This document shows, one piece after another, positions 46,575-57,006 of a DNA stretch of 64,000 bases. Positions within the stretch are counted from its first letter, which is position 1, and every line of letters starts with the position of its first letter. Source of the stretch: Rhodothermales bacterium (GTDB lineage: Bacteria > Bacteroidota > Rhodothermia > Rhodothermales > Bin80). Both the position numbers and the translations under genes were made by a program. The notes beneath the pieces are model-generated. The model made no database searches. It had not been told where the DNA came from and was given only the letters and a program-made list of their open reading frames with translations. The stretch is from the NCBI GenBank assembly GCA_965220365.1, contig OZ244823.1:1300361-1364360 (forward strand), written 5' to 3'.

Positions 46575-47564
46575 ATGGTCACTGCTTCCGTTCTGGGATT
46601 TCTGGCCTTGATAGCTGGATGTGATTCTACTGGCGTAATCACCGAGCCAGTGGCTCAACAGTCCAAAGAAAACATCATCCCACATGGAATTATTCCACCA
46701 TCAGTTATTGATAACCGGATTGTTTTCGACGACACCGATGAATTTCGAGTTTTCATGGAATCCATCATTAACAGAGAAGATAGTTATCTGGATTCTGTAC
46801 AGGCAGCGATCAATTTCATATCTCTGAGGTCTGACACTGAGAGACTTACGGAAGAACTAGGGAGAGATATCGACGAACTAGAGGTCGTAGAAGATCCATT
46901 TTTCGCGACTGTATTAAATCCAGAAGGAGAATTCCAGGTTGGAGATATGGTCTATAAGATTACGCGAAACTATGTATATCAAGTGCTCGAAGCCAATGCC
47001 GATTACTTGAGTTCCATCTCCCTGAGGAATCACGATAACACTGTCTTAACCCAGAAAACATCCCACGATCCTAGTGTTCAAGTCTTTGAAGTAGAGAGAT
47101 CAAGTATAGAATTAGTAAACAAATCTTCCTCATCCGATAAAAGGGACGAATGTGAATCAGAGTTTAATGGCCGGAGGCGTGTTAAAGGACAGGCATGGAT
47201 TAATCATTGGCGTATATTCTCGTCGGCGACTTCGGAAATTGAGAGTCAGAGAAAAGCATGGTTTCGATGGTGGCGTACGTCCATAAATTGGGTGCGCTTA
47301 GACATGGATTATAATTTGGAGCAAGTCGTGACGACTGAAGCAGCGTGGGGGAGATTTACGTTTGTGGTTGGTGTAACTCAAGGGAGTTACACCAAAACGA
47401 AATACAACGCTTCAGAAGTGAGGAAGACATTGGACTGGAACATAGGTATAAACCGAAAGGCGAACAAAATAAGAGGCTGGATATCTAGCAGCTATTCAGG
47501 AAACGGTACGTATGATGGTGTGGCTAGAACCCGCTCATGCTCAACCTATGTTTCTAGACAATGA
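46575..47564 (+). CDS. Hypothetical lipoprotein (329 aa), Trp/Arg-rich C-terminal half
   Basis: It has the lipobox MVTASVLGFLALIAGC. No recognisable domain. Confidence 0.55.
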   Translation: MVTASVLGFLALIAGCDSTGVITEPVAQQSKENIIPHGIIPPSVIDNRIVFDDTDEFRVFMESIINREDSYLDSVQAAINFISLRSDTERLTEELGRDIDELEVVEDPFFATVLNPEGEFQVGDMVYKITRNYVYQVLEANADYLSSISLRNHDNTVLTQKTSHDPSVQVFEVERSSIELVNKSSSSDKRDECESEFNGRRRVKGQAWINHWRIFSSATSEIESQRKAWFRWWRTSINWVRLDMDYNLEQVVTTEAAWGRFTFVVGVTQGSYTKTKYNASEVRKTLDWNIGINRKANKIRGWISSSYSGNGTYDGVARTRSCSTYVSRQ

Positions 47565-47636
47565 AATTAGACCAAGCGGTTGTTGGGTAATGGTCTGGAC
47601 GTTTTACTCATTATTGCATATTAACGTGAGGCAAGC

Positions 47637-48179
47637 ATGGTAGAATTACATTGTGTGCTTTCCAAAATTTTTGACAGAGGGGTATTTGTCGGCCTGCTCC
47701 TTGTTGCTTTGCTGATCATTGGCTGTTTCGTAAAGCCTTCGCATGCTCAGTCTGGCATCGGTGTGGGACTTGTATTCTCACAACCACATACCGGGGGATT
47801 AAGTGTCCGCTATGGGGCCATTCAGGCTATGGTTGATGCAGATATCGGCGGTGGTGTCGGTACTGATGGCCGCGATCGCACTGATATTAATATCCGTCGT
47901 ATCGCTGTTCGGTATAACCATCCTGTTAGGGGTCAGAAGAGGGTGAGGTTCAAAGTCTTCGGGCAAGTAGGTCGACATAAATTCCCTGTAGTAGACCAAG
48001 AACCAATTTTGCCGACGCTATATCAGTTTACGGGAGGTGGTAGTGCGGAACTTCAAATCGGTAGAAAGACCTCCTCAAAGGGGTTATTTCTAACCGTGGA
48101 TGTTGGGTTATCTATAGATCATATGGGCCATTTTGGTGCTATTCCTGCACGGGGGATAGCACTGCATGTCTTTTTCTGA
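47637..48179 (+). CDS. Small hypothetical outer-membrane beta-barrel-like protein (180 aa)
   Basis: It has an N-terminal hydrophobic signal ending ...PSHAQS, is Gly-rich with alternating strands, and ends C-terminally in ..IALHVFF. Confidence 0.5.
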   Translation: MVELHCVLSKIFDRGVFVGLLLVALLIIGCFVKPSHAQSGIGVGLVFSQPHTGGLSVRYGAIQAMVDADIGGGVGTDGRDRTDINIRRIAVRYNHPVRGQKRVRFKVFGQVGRHKFPVVDQEPILPTLYQFTGGGSAELQIGRKTSSKGLFLTVDVGLSIDHMGHFGAIPARGIALHVFF

Positions 48180-48264
48180 TTTCTTGTCAAAAAATACGAT
48201 GGGGCCGGTTTGGGTGTTGCGCCACATCTCTGCCTTAAATTGTTGGAGTTACAGTATAGTGACG

Positions 48265-50595
48265 ATGAGATGGTTGTACCGGGGCCTACTGGTATTACTA
48301 TTGTGGAGCACCCAATTCGGCTTGGTAACTGCCCAGTCTGTAACGATTAGCGGTTATTTGGAGGACATAGCGAGTCGAGAGCGAATTCTTGGCGCGAGCG
48401 TGTATATTCCGGCACTCCAGATCGGTACTACCACAAATCAGTATGGATTCTATAGTCTGACCACAGCCCCAGGGTCCCTTTTGCTGTTGGTTTCACATGT
48501 TGGATATGAACCGGCCTGGCATCGCCTTGAACTTAATGCAGATACCACATTGACCATTACACTCGCACCTCGTGTCGTGAGAATGGAAGATGTAGAAGTC
48601 ATCGCCGAACGGGAAAATGATCTTGATGATGTGCAGATGAGTCGCCACGAGATAACAATAGAAGAAATTGAGACACTGCCGGTGATTCTCGGAGAAATTG
48701 ATATTCAGAAAACGCTCCAACTATTGCCCAGTGTTCAGTCAGGCGTAGAAGGTAGCAGTGGACTGTATGTGCGAGGCGGGCGTGCGGATCAGAATCTTAT
48801 TTTACTAGACGGACTTCCGCTTTACAATCCCAATCATCTGTTTGGATTTTTCAGTGTGTTCAACTCTGCAGTAATGAAACGTGTTGAGTTGATCAAAGGG
48901 GGGTTCCCAGCGCGATACGGTGGACGTCTCTCGTCGGTGGTCAGCTACACGATGAAAGAGGGAAACTTGAAACGTTTCGAGGGGGAGGGTGCAATTGGCC
49001 TTGTTTCCTCACGTATCATGTTTGAAGGGCCCATCGTGAAGGACTATGTCTCTTTCCTAGTAGCTGGCCGACGTACATACATAGATCAGTTATTGCGCCC
49101 ATTTCAACGCAAACGTACCCGATATGGTGCAGCATTCTATGACTTAAACTTTAAGGCGAACTATATTTTATCGGAGCGAGATCGGATCTATCTAAGCACG
49201 TATGCCGGTCAGGATAAATTCTCCTACGAAAAGCGGTCAACTCCTCCTAATCTGGGTTCGGATGACCAGCTTAATTATGATTTAGGTTGGCACAATCGTT
49301 TAGCTTCTCTTCGGTGGAACCGGCTCATTAGTGATCGCTTGTTTGCCAATACGCTTATAGGTGTCATACAGTATCGCTTTTCTTCAGGTACGCGTTCTTT
49401 GGACGATAGCGATAACAGTATCATCAAATATGAGGGATCGTGGCATTCTGAAATAATTGATTGGATAGCAAAGATTGATTTTGAGTATGTTCCAAATCCT
49501 CGGCATTACATGCGTTTTGGAACAGAGGGCATTTTGCATAGCTTTAGCCCAGGAACTACTCAGACGAGACTGGAAGAGTCGGGTCGGCTGCCCGTCAGCT
49601 TGCTGCAGACACCGTCAGGAGTGATTAACTCCCGGGAAATGGCACTGTACGCTGAAGATGAGATACAACTGTCTCATGCTCTAAGAATGACTGCGGGGCT
49701 CCGATTTTCAGGTTATGCTGCCCAGTATTCACGGTTCCGTTCCATTGAGCCACGGTTGGGCGTCAATGTGCGAGTTACGGAGACGACCGCAATCAAGGCT
49801 TCTTTTGCGCGGTCAAAGCAATACATACATTTACTGACGGGGGGAGGCACCGCATTGCCTAAGGATTTATGGATTCCGAGTATGGATCGTATTCCCCCTC
49901 AGAGTGGATATCAGGTGGCGGCAGGGGTTCTAAAAAGTTTCCAAGACGGGCGCTATCAGCTTTCAGTTGAAGGCTATCTCAAGCGTATGAAGGGATACCT
50001 TGAATATACGACTGGAGCAGACATATATAGGTCCGCATTCCTGGATTGGCCGGATATTTTAGAGATTGGCACAGGAGCATCTCACGGAGCGGAAATCTTT
50101 CTTCAAAAGAAAAGGGGATACCTGACAGGATGGGCAGGCTATACCTGGGCAAAGACTACAAGACGTTTTGAGGCTCTCAATGAGGGGCATCCCTTTCCTG
50201 ATGGGTATGATCGTCGCCACGATGTTTCGGTGGTAATGCGGTATCAACTCTCAAATACGAGACAGGTATCAGCTGTGTGGGTGTACGGCAGCGGTTATCC
50301 AGTTTGGGTTCCTATAGGTCGCTATGTAAGTGGTCATCATGATTTGTTAGACACTGGCCCAGTTAATTCAGCCCGAGCACCGGCTTATCACCGCCTTGAC
50401 ATCAGCGTGAACTTCAACAAGCAAAGGTCTTGGGGAGAACGCACGATTAGTGTGGGGGTGTACAATGCCTACAATCGGAAAAACCCCATGTTCGTCTATC
50501 CAAGAAAAAACCTGACCGGTGAAACTCTTATTTCCTATAGGCAGCTGAGCTTTTTGCAGTTAGTTCCCGCCATTTCTTGGCAATGGAGGTTTTAG
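48265..50595 (+). CDS. TonB-dependent outer-membrane receptor with CarboxypepD_reg-like domain (copy 2, paralog of 42910..45282)
   Basis: The ATG at 48265 gives MRWLYRGLLVLLLWSTQFGLVTAQS. The motif order matches copy 1 (ISGYLEDIASRERILGASVYI..TNQYGFYSL; LPSVQSGVEGSSGLYVRGGRADQNLILLDG). The C-terminus is ..ISWQWRF. Confidence 0.85.
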   Translation: MRWLYRGLLVLLLWSTQFGLVTAQSVTISGYLEDIASRERILGASVYIPALQIGTTTNQYGFYSLTTAPGSLLLLVSHVGYEPAWHRLELNADTTLTITLAPRVVRMEDVEVIAERENDLDDVQMSRHEITIEEIETLPVILGEIDIQKTLQLLPSVQSGVEGSSGLYVRGGRADQNLILLDGLPLYNPNHLFGFFSVFNSAVMKRVELIKGGFPARYGGRLSSVVSYTMKEGNLKRFEGEGAIGLVSSRIMFEGPIVKDYVSFLVAGRRTYIDQLLRPFQRKRTRYGAAFYDLNFKANYILSERDRIYLSTYAGQDKFSYEKRSTPPNLGSDDQLNYDLGWHNRLASLRWNRLISDRLFANTLIGVIQYRFSSGTRSLDDSDNSIIKYEGSWHSEIIDWIAKIDFEYVPNPRHYMRFGTEGILHSFSPGTTQTRLEESGRLPVSLLQTPSGVINSREMALYAEDEIQLSHALRMTAGLRFSGYAAQYSRFRSIEPRLGVNVRVTETTAIKASFARSKQYIHLLTGGGTALPKDLWIPSMDRIPPQSGYQVAAGVLKSFQDGRYQLSVEGYLKRMKGYLEYTTGADIYRSAFLDWPDILEIGTGASHGAEIFLQKKRGYLTGWAGYTWAKTTRRFEALNEGHPFPDGYDRRHDVSVVMRYQLSNTRQVSAVWVYGSGYPVWVPIGRYVSGHHDLLDTGPVNSARAPAYHRLDISVNFNKQRSWGERTISVGVYNAYNRKNPMFVYPRKNLTGETLISYRQLSFLQLVPAISWQWRF

Positions 50596-51624
50596 GTGAT
50601 GCGCGAGTGGATAGGAATTCTTCTCTTCATATTATTGTGTGGGTGCGAAACGATCGTTGATTTGGATATTCCTGGCGGTTACCAGCCTAAGCTTGTAGTA
50701 ACAGCACATTTTTCTCCCGATAGCTTATGGAAGTTGCATGTGGGCAAGAGTGTTCCTCTAACAGATATTTCAAAGCCAAGCGAGCTGATGGTACCGGATG
50801 CCAGTGTTATCATCTTCGGAGAAGATGGCTTTCGTGATACATTACAGCACATTGATCGCGGAGTTTATCGGACGATACATAATCATCACCCGATAAGTGA
50901 TGAGACGTACAAGGTACATGTGAATGTAGACGGTTTTCCGTTGGTCGAGGCTTCTTCTCGTGCGCCGTCTCTGGAAAGCGAACTTCTGGAAATGGAAAAT
51001 ATATCGAGGATAGATTCTTCCGCCGCAGAGCATTACAGGCTGCGTCTCAGGTTAGCCGATCAGCCAGGCAAGAATTATTATCGTCTCAATCTTTACCAGG
51101 TTATGCCATTTTGCAAGGACGATACCGGGGGGCTAAGAATCGAAGATGACCCTGGCTATTCGGTTGGTTATGACTGGCTTTCCTTCCAGGGTAACTCGCC
51201 CTCGTTCTATGCCTACATAGAGGCTGTTGATGATCCGACCATCCCTGATCTAGAAGAAGATTATGAGACTGCTTTCTTTTCCGATCAACTCTTTGAGGCT
51301 ACGACAAAAGAATTTGAAATCACATTTGAGCCGATAATCTTTGAATCAATCAGTCCTCATTTTATGCTTGTGCTCACGGCGCTCAGTGAGGAATTGTTCG
51401 CATACGAGCGATCACTTGAACTGCATGACATTTTCTTGCACACCCCAAACATTTTCCAAAGTAGTAACCGTCTCGCTGTATACGCCAATGTGCTGAACGG
51501 ACTCGGAATCTTTGCAGGTTATACAAGCCACAGGTATCGGTTTGATACAGAGGGAAATGAATGGCAGGAGGATGTATTGGGTATTGGTACCGGGGAACTA
51601 CAGCCTTGTCGAGAGCAATTATGA
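50596..51624 (+). CDS. DUF4249-family lipoprotein (copy 2)
   Basis: It begins MMREWIGILLFILLCGC (lipobox). HFSPDSLW and NGLGIFAGYTS match copy 1. Confidence 0.7.
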   Translation: MMREWIGILLFILLCGCETIVDLDIPGGYQPKLVVTAHFSPDSLWKLHVGKSVPLTDISKPSELMVPDASVIIFGEDGFRDTLQHIDRGVYRTIHNHHPISDETYKVHVNVDGFPLVEASSRAPSLESELLEMENISRIDSSAAEHYRLRLRLADQPGKNYYRLNLYQVMPFCKDDTGGLRIEDDPGYSVGYDWLSFQGNSPSFYAYIEAVDDPTIPDLEEDYETAFFSDQLFEATTKEFEITFEPIIFESISPHFMLVLTALSEELFAYERSLELHDIFLHTPNIFQSSNRLAVYANVLNGLGIFAGYTSHRYRFDTEGNEWQEDVLGIGTGELQPCREQL

Positions 51625-51933
51625 TGGCAGGTGACTGGATATCCCCCTTTTGCAAGGCTCAGGACAAGATAGTCTCTGCGATATATGCCGGATGATACTT
51701 ACTTGCTTCACGGGTGTAACCCAAAATTTTCACAGGGAAGTGTGAGCATGGGGCGTGACAGAGAGCTTCACAGTTCAACCGAAATCCCTTATTGCCTCCC
51801 CGCCGAATCTGTAGCATCTAAGAAATCCCGGTAGAACCAACGAAGTAAGCCGTGTTTTCAGAACACAGCAATTCCCGAGTGGATGCAGCGTGCCATGGGA
51901 TCATCTGCTTTGGGAGAAATGCACCTCCGAGCT

Positions 51934-53508
51934 CTAATTACTCAGGGGACCAGCAGACTGAACCTCGGGGGAGCATTTGCTGATGTACTGAGCAAAATTA
52001 TCAGTAAAGAGGATTGCCAGGCGCTGGGCTGCTTCCTGGTAAGCACCTGGATCAGACCATGCCTTCTCGGGAAACAAGAGATTTTTTGGCAGACCGGGGC
52101 ATGTCGTAGGAATTGCCAACCCAAAAACAGGTTCGCGCACCGTGGGTACATCAAGCAGGTCTCCGTTATGGATGGCATCAATGATTGCGCGGGTATATCG
52201 AAGCTGAATTCGTTTATTTCGATCCCCAACCATGCCGGTATTGATAAGCCAGACATTTACATCGTGTTTTTCAATGTTTGATGCCAGTAACTCGGAATAC
52301 TTTGCGGGGTGCCATACCAGAAATGCCGCGCCAAAGCACGCAGAAAAGGTTGCCACCGGTTCATTTACCCCTATTTCAGTTCCCGCAACCTTGGCGGTAT
52401 AGCCGCTGATAAAGTGATACATTGCCTGTTCGGGGGTCAGGCGTGCAATCGGCGGTAGAATCCCAAAAGCGTCAAATGTGAGAAAAATGATATTTGACGG
52501 ATGCCGCCCTACACAGGGAATCTGTGCGTTCTGCATAAACTCAATGGGAAAACAGGCACGGGTATTTTGAGTCAGAGTCGTGTCTGCGTAGTCCACGGCA
52601 TGTGTGACCGAATCAAAAACAACGTTTTCCAGAACGGTACCAAAGCGGATTGCATTGAAAATCTCCGGCTCCTGGTCAGCCGCCAGATTGATGGCCTTGG
52701 CATAACAGCCACCCTCGATATTGAAAATCCCATTTTCTGTCCAGCAGTGCTCATCATCACCGATCAATGCACGGGCAGGATCCGCAGACAGCGTGGTTTT
52801 TCCTGTTCCCGAGAGCCCGAAAAAAAGAGAGACATCCCCGTCCTTTCCCTGATTGGCCGAACAATGCATAGACAATACTCCCCTACGGGGCATGATATAA
52901 TTCATGATCGTAAAGATGCCTTTTTTCATCTCTCCGGCATACTGTGTACCTAGGATGACCATCTCTTGATCTTCGAAAGAAAGGTCAATGCTGGTTTTGG
53001 AGGACATATAGGTCGTGTGGCGATTGGCTGGAAACATGCCGGCATTATAGACGACATAGTCTGGTTCGCCAAAGGCTTTCAACTCCTCATCGCTGAGCCG
53101 AATCAGCATATTTCGCATAAAGAGGGCATGGTACGCCCGCTCACAAATGATGCGCACCTTGATACGGTAGCGGGGATCCCATCCGGCATAGCCATCCACA
53201 ACATAGAGTCGTTCGCGGGTATTGAGATAATCGCGAGCTCGCTCCCGGTTGATTTCGAAGGTATGCTGATCAATGGGTAGATTTACAGAGCCCCACCAGA
53301 TATCGCTTGCGCTTGGAGGCATCTTAACGATACGCTTATCCCGAGGGCTGCGGCCCGTCCGTTTTCCACTTGTAATGGCCAGTGCACCGCTTTGTGTGAT
53401 TGCTGCGGTGGCTTCATTACGCAGAGCATCTTCATACAGCACCGCCGGAACTACATTCCGTCGGATGTCCTTGACTTCAATGCCGAAAGGAGTCAGGTCA
53501 AGTTTCAT
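51934..53508 (-). CDS. pckA: Phosphoenolpyruvate carboxykinase (ATP)
   Basis: 524 aa with FFGLSGTGKTTLSADP (kinase-1a), GGCYAK and the overall ATP-PEPCK pattern. Confidence 0.9.
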   Translation of the reverse strand: MKLDLTPFGIEVKDIRRNVVPAVLYEDALRNEATAAITQSGALAITSGKRTGRSPRDKRIVKMPPSASDIWWGSVNLPIDQHTFEINRERARDYLNTRERLYVVDGYAGWDPRYRIKVRIICERAYHALFMRNMLIRLSDEELKAFGEPDYVVYNAGMFPANRHTTYMSSKTSIDLSFEDQEMVILGTQYAGEMKKGIFTIMNYIMPRRGVLSMHCSANQGKDGDVSLFFGLSGTGKTTLSADPARALIGDDEHCWTENGIFNIEGGCYAKAINLAADQEPEIFNAIRFGTVLENVVFDSVTHAVDYADTTLTQNTRACFPIEFMQNAQIPCVGRHPSNIIFLTFDAFGILPPIARLTPEQAMYHFISGYTAKVAGTEIGVNEPVATFSACFGAAFLVWHPAKYSELLASNIEKHDVNVWLINTGMVGDRNKRIQLRYTRAIIDAIHNGDLLDVPTVREPVFGLAIPTTCPGLPKNLLFPEKAWSDPGAYQEAAQRLAILFTDNFAQYISKCSPEVQSAGPLSN

Positions 53509-53588
53509 AATCGGGGAAGAAATATCACGGCCGTGGCATACGGCGATGCTCCGTATCCGTTGCGCGGGAAAGTGATGAATACCGCTGA

Positions 53589-55358
53589 CTAGGACGAGTA
53601 CAGCTCGTCAATTTCTTTTTGGTATTTCGCAAACACATTTTTCCGCCTCACTTTCAGCGTGGGTGTGAGTTCACCCGCATCAATGGTGAATGGATCAAGG
53701 ATCAAATGAAACTTCTTCACCTGCTCCCAGGGCGGCAGATCTTGATTCACTTTATCGATTACGGTTTGGACTGCGTCATTCAGGATTTTTACATCCGGCT
53801 CAGGTCCGTAAGCATTTGCTACATAGGCGGCATCTAAGACGATGAGGGCAGCACAGAACTTGAAATCAGGGCCAATCACGACGGCATGCTCAATGAGGGG
53901 ATCCGAGGCCAGTTTTACTTCAATCGGTACGGGAGCAATGTATTTTCCGGTAGAAAGTTTAAAGAGCTGTTTTTTTCGATCAGTAATATACAGGTGGCCA
54001 TCTTCATCAAGCTTCCCAATATCGCCGGTGTGCAACCATCCGTCATCGGTAATCGTCTCTGCAGTTTCTTCTGGCATGTTGTAGTATCCACGCATCACAT
54101 GTGGCCCCTTGGTCAAAATCTCTCCATCTTCAGCAATCTTCACTTCTACATCTCGAATCGCAGTTCCGACCGAGCCTGGACGAAGTTTCTTGCGCTCGTA
54201 GAGGGTAATTACGGGAGAGGTTTCAGTTAGACCATATCCCTGGCCACAATAAATGCCCAAGCCATTGATAAAAGCCTGCACCTGCGTTGACAGCGCAGCA
54301 CCCCCGCTGGTCAGTGCCTGCAGATTTCCACCGAAGAGTGTATTCCGTACTTTACTGTAGACGAGCTTGTCTGCAAGCTTGTCCTGCAAACCTGAACTGG
54401 GGTTTTCAAGGTCAAACCGTTCCGCGTGTCCAAAGGCCCACCGGGCAATCATTCCTGGGATTCCTTTCTCGGCTACGGCTTTGGCCATGACACCTGCGTG
54501 AACCTTTTCAAGCAATCTAGGCACCGTCGTCATGTGTGCCGGGCGCACATGTTGCATATCCTCCATCAGCTCATCGGTCGTTTCAATGAAGTAGATGGGA
54601 CAAGATTGAGAGAGATAGAAGGTAGAGGCAACGCGTTCCAGTGAGTGAGAAAGAGGGAGAAAAGACAGGACACGTGCAGGAACGTCAAACGGCAATCGCT
54701 CGGCCAATGCAAGCGCATTGGTCGTCAGATTCCCATGCGTGAGCATAACCCCCTTGGGCTGACCAGTAGTACCAGACGTGTAGCAAAGTGTGGCGAGATC
54801 GTCACTGCTCACCGCCGCTCTGGTCTCATTGAGCAGATCTGGTGTCTCGGAAAGCTGTTTTTTGCCACGCTCAATCAGATCCTCCATGGTGAGCATATCA
54901 TCGGTATATCTACCGAGGACTCCCATTACCCATTTCAAGTCCGAATTGAGCATCATCTCACCAGGACACCGATCATACAATTCCTTGGACGATACGATAT
55001 ATCCATGCACGCCAGCATCACGAACGATGTGTAAGATTTGTCCTTCGGGTTGGGTGGTATAGATAGGCACGCTGACTGCTCCCAGTGATAACAGTGCCTG
55101 ATCAGCAATGAGCCATTCGGTGCTGTTTTCCGAGTGGAGAGCAACCCGGTCCCCTTTTCGTATGCCCAGGCTGTAAAAACCTGCAGCACAGGCGTCCATA
55201 CGCTCTCGAAATGAAGCCACATCCGTATCGGTCCATGTCCCCTCTCGTTTGGTAGAGGCAACAATGCCAGAGTTATGGGCTAGGCCAAAATCAAGTAAGT
55301 CACAGAGAGTTGAAATTTCAGTCATATCATCGGTGGAATTATTGCGATATCGCTTCAC
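53589..55358 (-). CDS. Long-chain-fatty-acid--CoA ligase (AMP-binding family)
   Basis: 589 aa with YTSGTTGQPKGVMLTHGN (AMP-binding motif), GYGLTETS and TGDIG.LDEDGHLYITDRKK. Confidence 0.85.
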   Translation of the reverse strand: MKRYRNNSTDDMTEISTLCDLLDFGLAHNSGIVASTKREGTWTDTDVASFRERMDACAAGFYSLGIRKGDRVALHSENSTEWLIADQALLSLGAVSVPIYTTQPEGQILHIVRDAGVHGYIVSSKELYDRCPGEMMLNSDLKWVMGVLGRYTDDMLTMEDLIERGKKQLSETPDLLNETRAAVSSDDLATLCYTSGTTGQPKGVMLTHGNLTTNALALAERLPFDVPARVLSFLPLSHSLERVASTFYLSQSCPIYFIETTDELMEDMQHVRPAHMTTVPRLLEKVHAGVMAKAVAEKGIPGMIARWAFGHAERFDLENPSSGLQDKLADKLVYSKVRNTLFGGNLQALTSGGAALSTQVQAFINGLGIYCGQGYGLTETSPVITLYERKKLRPGSVGTAIRDVEVKIAEDGEILTKGPHVMRGYYNMPEETAETITDDGWLHTGDIGKLDEDGHLYITDRKKQLFKLSTGKYIAPVPIEVKLASDPLIEHAVVIGPDFKFCAALIVLDAAYVANAYGPEPDVKILNDAVQTVIDKVNQDLPPWEQVKKFHLILDPFTIDAGELTPTLKVRRKNVFAKYQKEIDELYSS

Positions 55359-55490
55359 ATTCAGAAGTATCCTACCATTTGGGAGATACTTCAGGCGTGA
55401 TTACGTTACATTAGAGTGAATTGTACGAAAATTTTGGGACAGGGACAAAAGAACCCCTGTCAGGTATCAGGTAAATCATACGATTCTATA

Positions 55491-55976
55491 ATGCCGGAAT
55501 TTACTCATCTGGAGGATGAAGGTGGCATCCACATGGTAGATGTTTCAAGGAAGCCTTCTTCAACACGCAGTGCCTCCGCGGAGGGGGTTGTACAACTAGG
55601 TGTTGATGCATACACGGCACTGACGCAGAAGCGTGTTGCTAAAGGGGATGTACTGACCACAGCGCAGCTGGCCGGGATCATGGGAGCGAAAGATACTGCT
55701 CGACTGATTCCACTATGCCATCCGATTCCATTGGATTCAGTCGCACTTTCGTTTTCATTTGATGAAAAGATGCATGCTGTGAAGATTCAAGCCAAGGTTA
55801 TTTCATGTGGACGCACCGGAGTGGAGATGGAGGCATTGACGGCTGTATCCATTGCTTCGTTATCCATCTACGACATGTGCAAATCTATTTCGAAGGCAAT
55901 ACGTATCACTGACATACGACTGGTATCCAAGGATGGTGGTGTGCATGGTCGGTATTCAGTCGACAGCATTCCGTAA
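55491..55976 (+). CDS. moaC: Cyclic pyranopterin monophosphate synthase MoaC
   Basis: The ATG at 55491 gives MPEFTHLEDEGGIHMVDVS.K. The protein has KGDVLTTAQLAGIMGAK.T..LIPLCHP and EMEALTAVS.A.L.IYDM. Confidence 0.85.
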   Translation: MPEFTHLEDEGGIHMVDVSRKPSSTRSASAEGVVQLGVDAYTALTQKRVAKGDVLTTAQLAGIMGAKDTARLIPLCHPIPLDSVALSFSFDEKMHAVKIQAKVISCGRTGVEMEALTAVSIASLSIYDMCKSISKAIRITDIRLVSKDGGVHGRYSVDSIP

Positions 55977-56001
55977 CAGAAAAAACCTGTAGACGAAACA
56001 A

Positions 56002-57006
56002 ATGGAGAATTTATTGAACTTAGGCAGCTTTATTATCATTCTGCTGATCCTTTTTGGTGTCATCCTGTTGTTGTACTTCGTTCCGGTACGACTCTGGATC
56101 ACAGCAATCTTCTCAGGTGTTCATCTGAAACTCTTTCGCGATTTGGTCGGAATGCGACTCCGACGGGTTCCCCCGGATCGGATTGTGAAGCCACTCATCA
56201 CGGCACACAAGGCTGGAATTCCCTCTGAGACTCCAAAACTGGAGGCACATTTTTTGGCTGGGGGCAACGTTCAACAGGTCATTAATGCATTGATTTCGGC
56301 GGATAAAGCAGACATTGACCTGCCGTTTGAGCGTGCAACGGCAATAGATCTCGCCGGTCGGGATGTATTTGAGGCGGTTCAGGTTTCCGTGAACCCGAAG
56401 GTCATCGAAACCCCACCCATTTCCGCAATCGCGAAAGATGGGATACAACTTCGTGCCATTGCGCGCGTCACTGTACGTGCCAATATCGAGAGGCTCGTAG
56501 GGGGAGCCGGCGAGGAAACCATCATTGCCCGGGTGGGGGAGGGAATTGTTTCTACTATCGGGTCATCCGACTCGCATGCTGCAGTACTGGAAAACCCTGA
56601 TATTATCTCGAAGACCGTACTAGCGAAGGGACTAGATTCAGGGACTGCGTTCGAAATCCTTTCCATTGATATTGCAGATGTAGATGTTGGCGAGAATATT
56701 GGTGCAAAGCTGCAGACTGACCAGGCGGAGGCGGATCTACAGGTCGCGCGAGCCAAGGCGGAGGAGCGGCGTGCGGCCGCCGTTGCGCTCGAGCAGGAGA
56801 TGATCGCCCGTGTACAGGAAGCTCGTGCTCGGGTTGTGGAAGCCGAGGCAATGGTTCCTGAAGCAATTGCGGAGGCGTTCCGCAAAGGCCAATTGGGAGT
56901 GATGGATTATTATAATCTGCGCAATATTGAGGCGGATACAGATATGCGATCAGCAATTGGTGGAGATACGGAGTCTTCCGGTGAGGGCAAGCCCCCATCA
57001 TCCTAA
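56002..57006 (+). CDS. floA: Flotillin-like SPFH protein FloA (UPF0365/YqfA family)
   Basis: 334 aa. An N-terminal hairpin TM is followed by [30 protein letters not shown] and ...[29 protein letters not shown], as I remember the FloA family. Confidence 0.8.
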   Translation: MENLLNLGSFIIILLILFGVILLLYFVPVRLWITAIFSGVHLKLFRDLVGMRLRRVPPDRIVKPLITAHKAGIPSETPKLEAHFLAGGNVQQVINALISADKADIDLPFERATAIDLAGRDVFEAVQVSVNPKVIETPPISAIAKDGIQLRAIARVTVRANIERLVGGAGEETIIARVGEGIVSTIGSSDSHAAVLENPDIISKTVLAKGLDSGTAFEILSIDIADVDVGENIGAKLQTDQAEADLQVARAKAEERRAAAVALEQEMIARVQEARARVVEAEAMVPEAIAEAFRKGQLGVMDYYNLRNIEADTDMRSAIGGDTESSGEGKPPSS

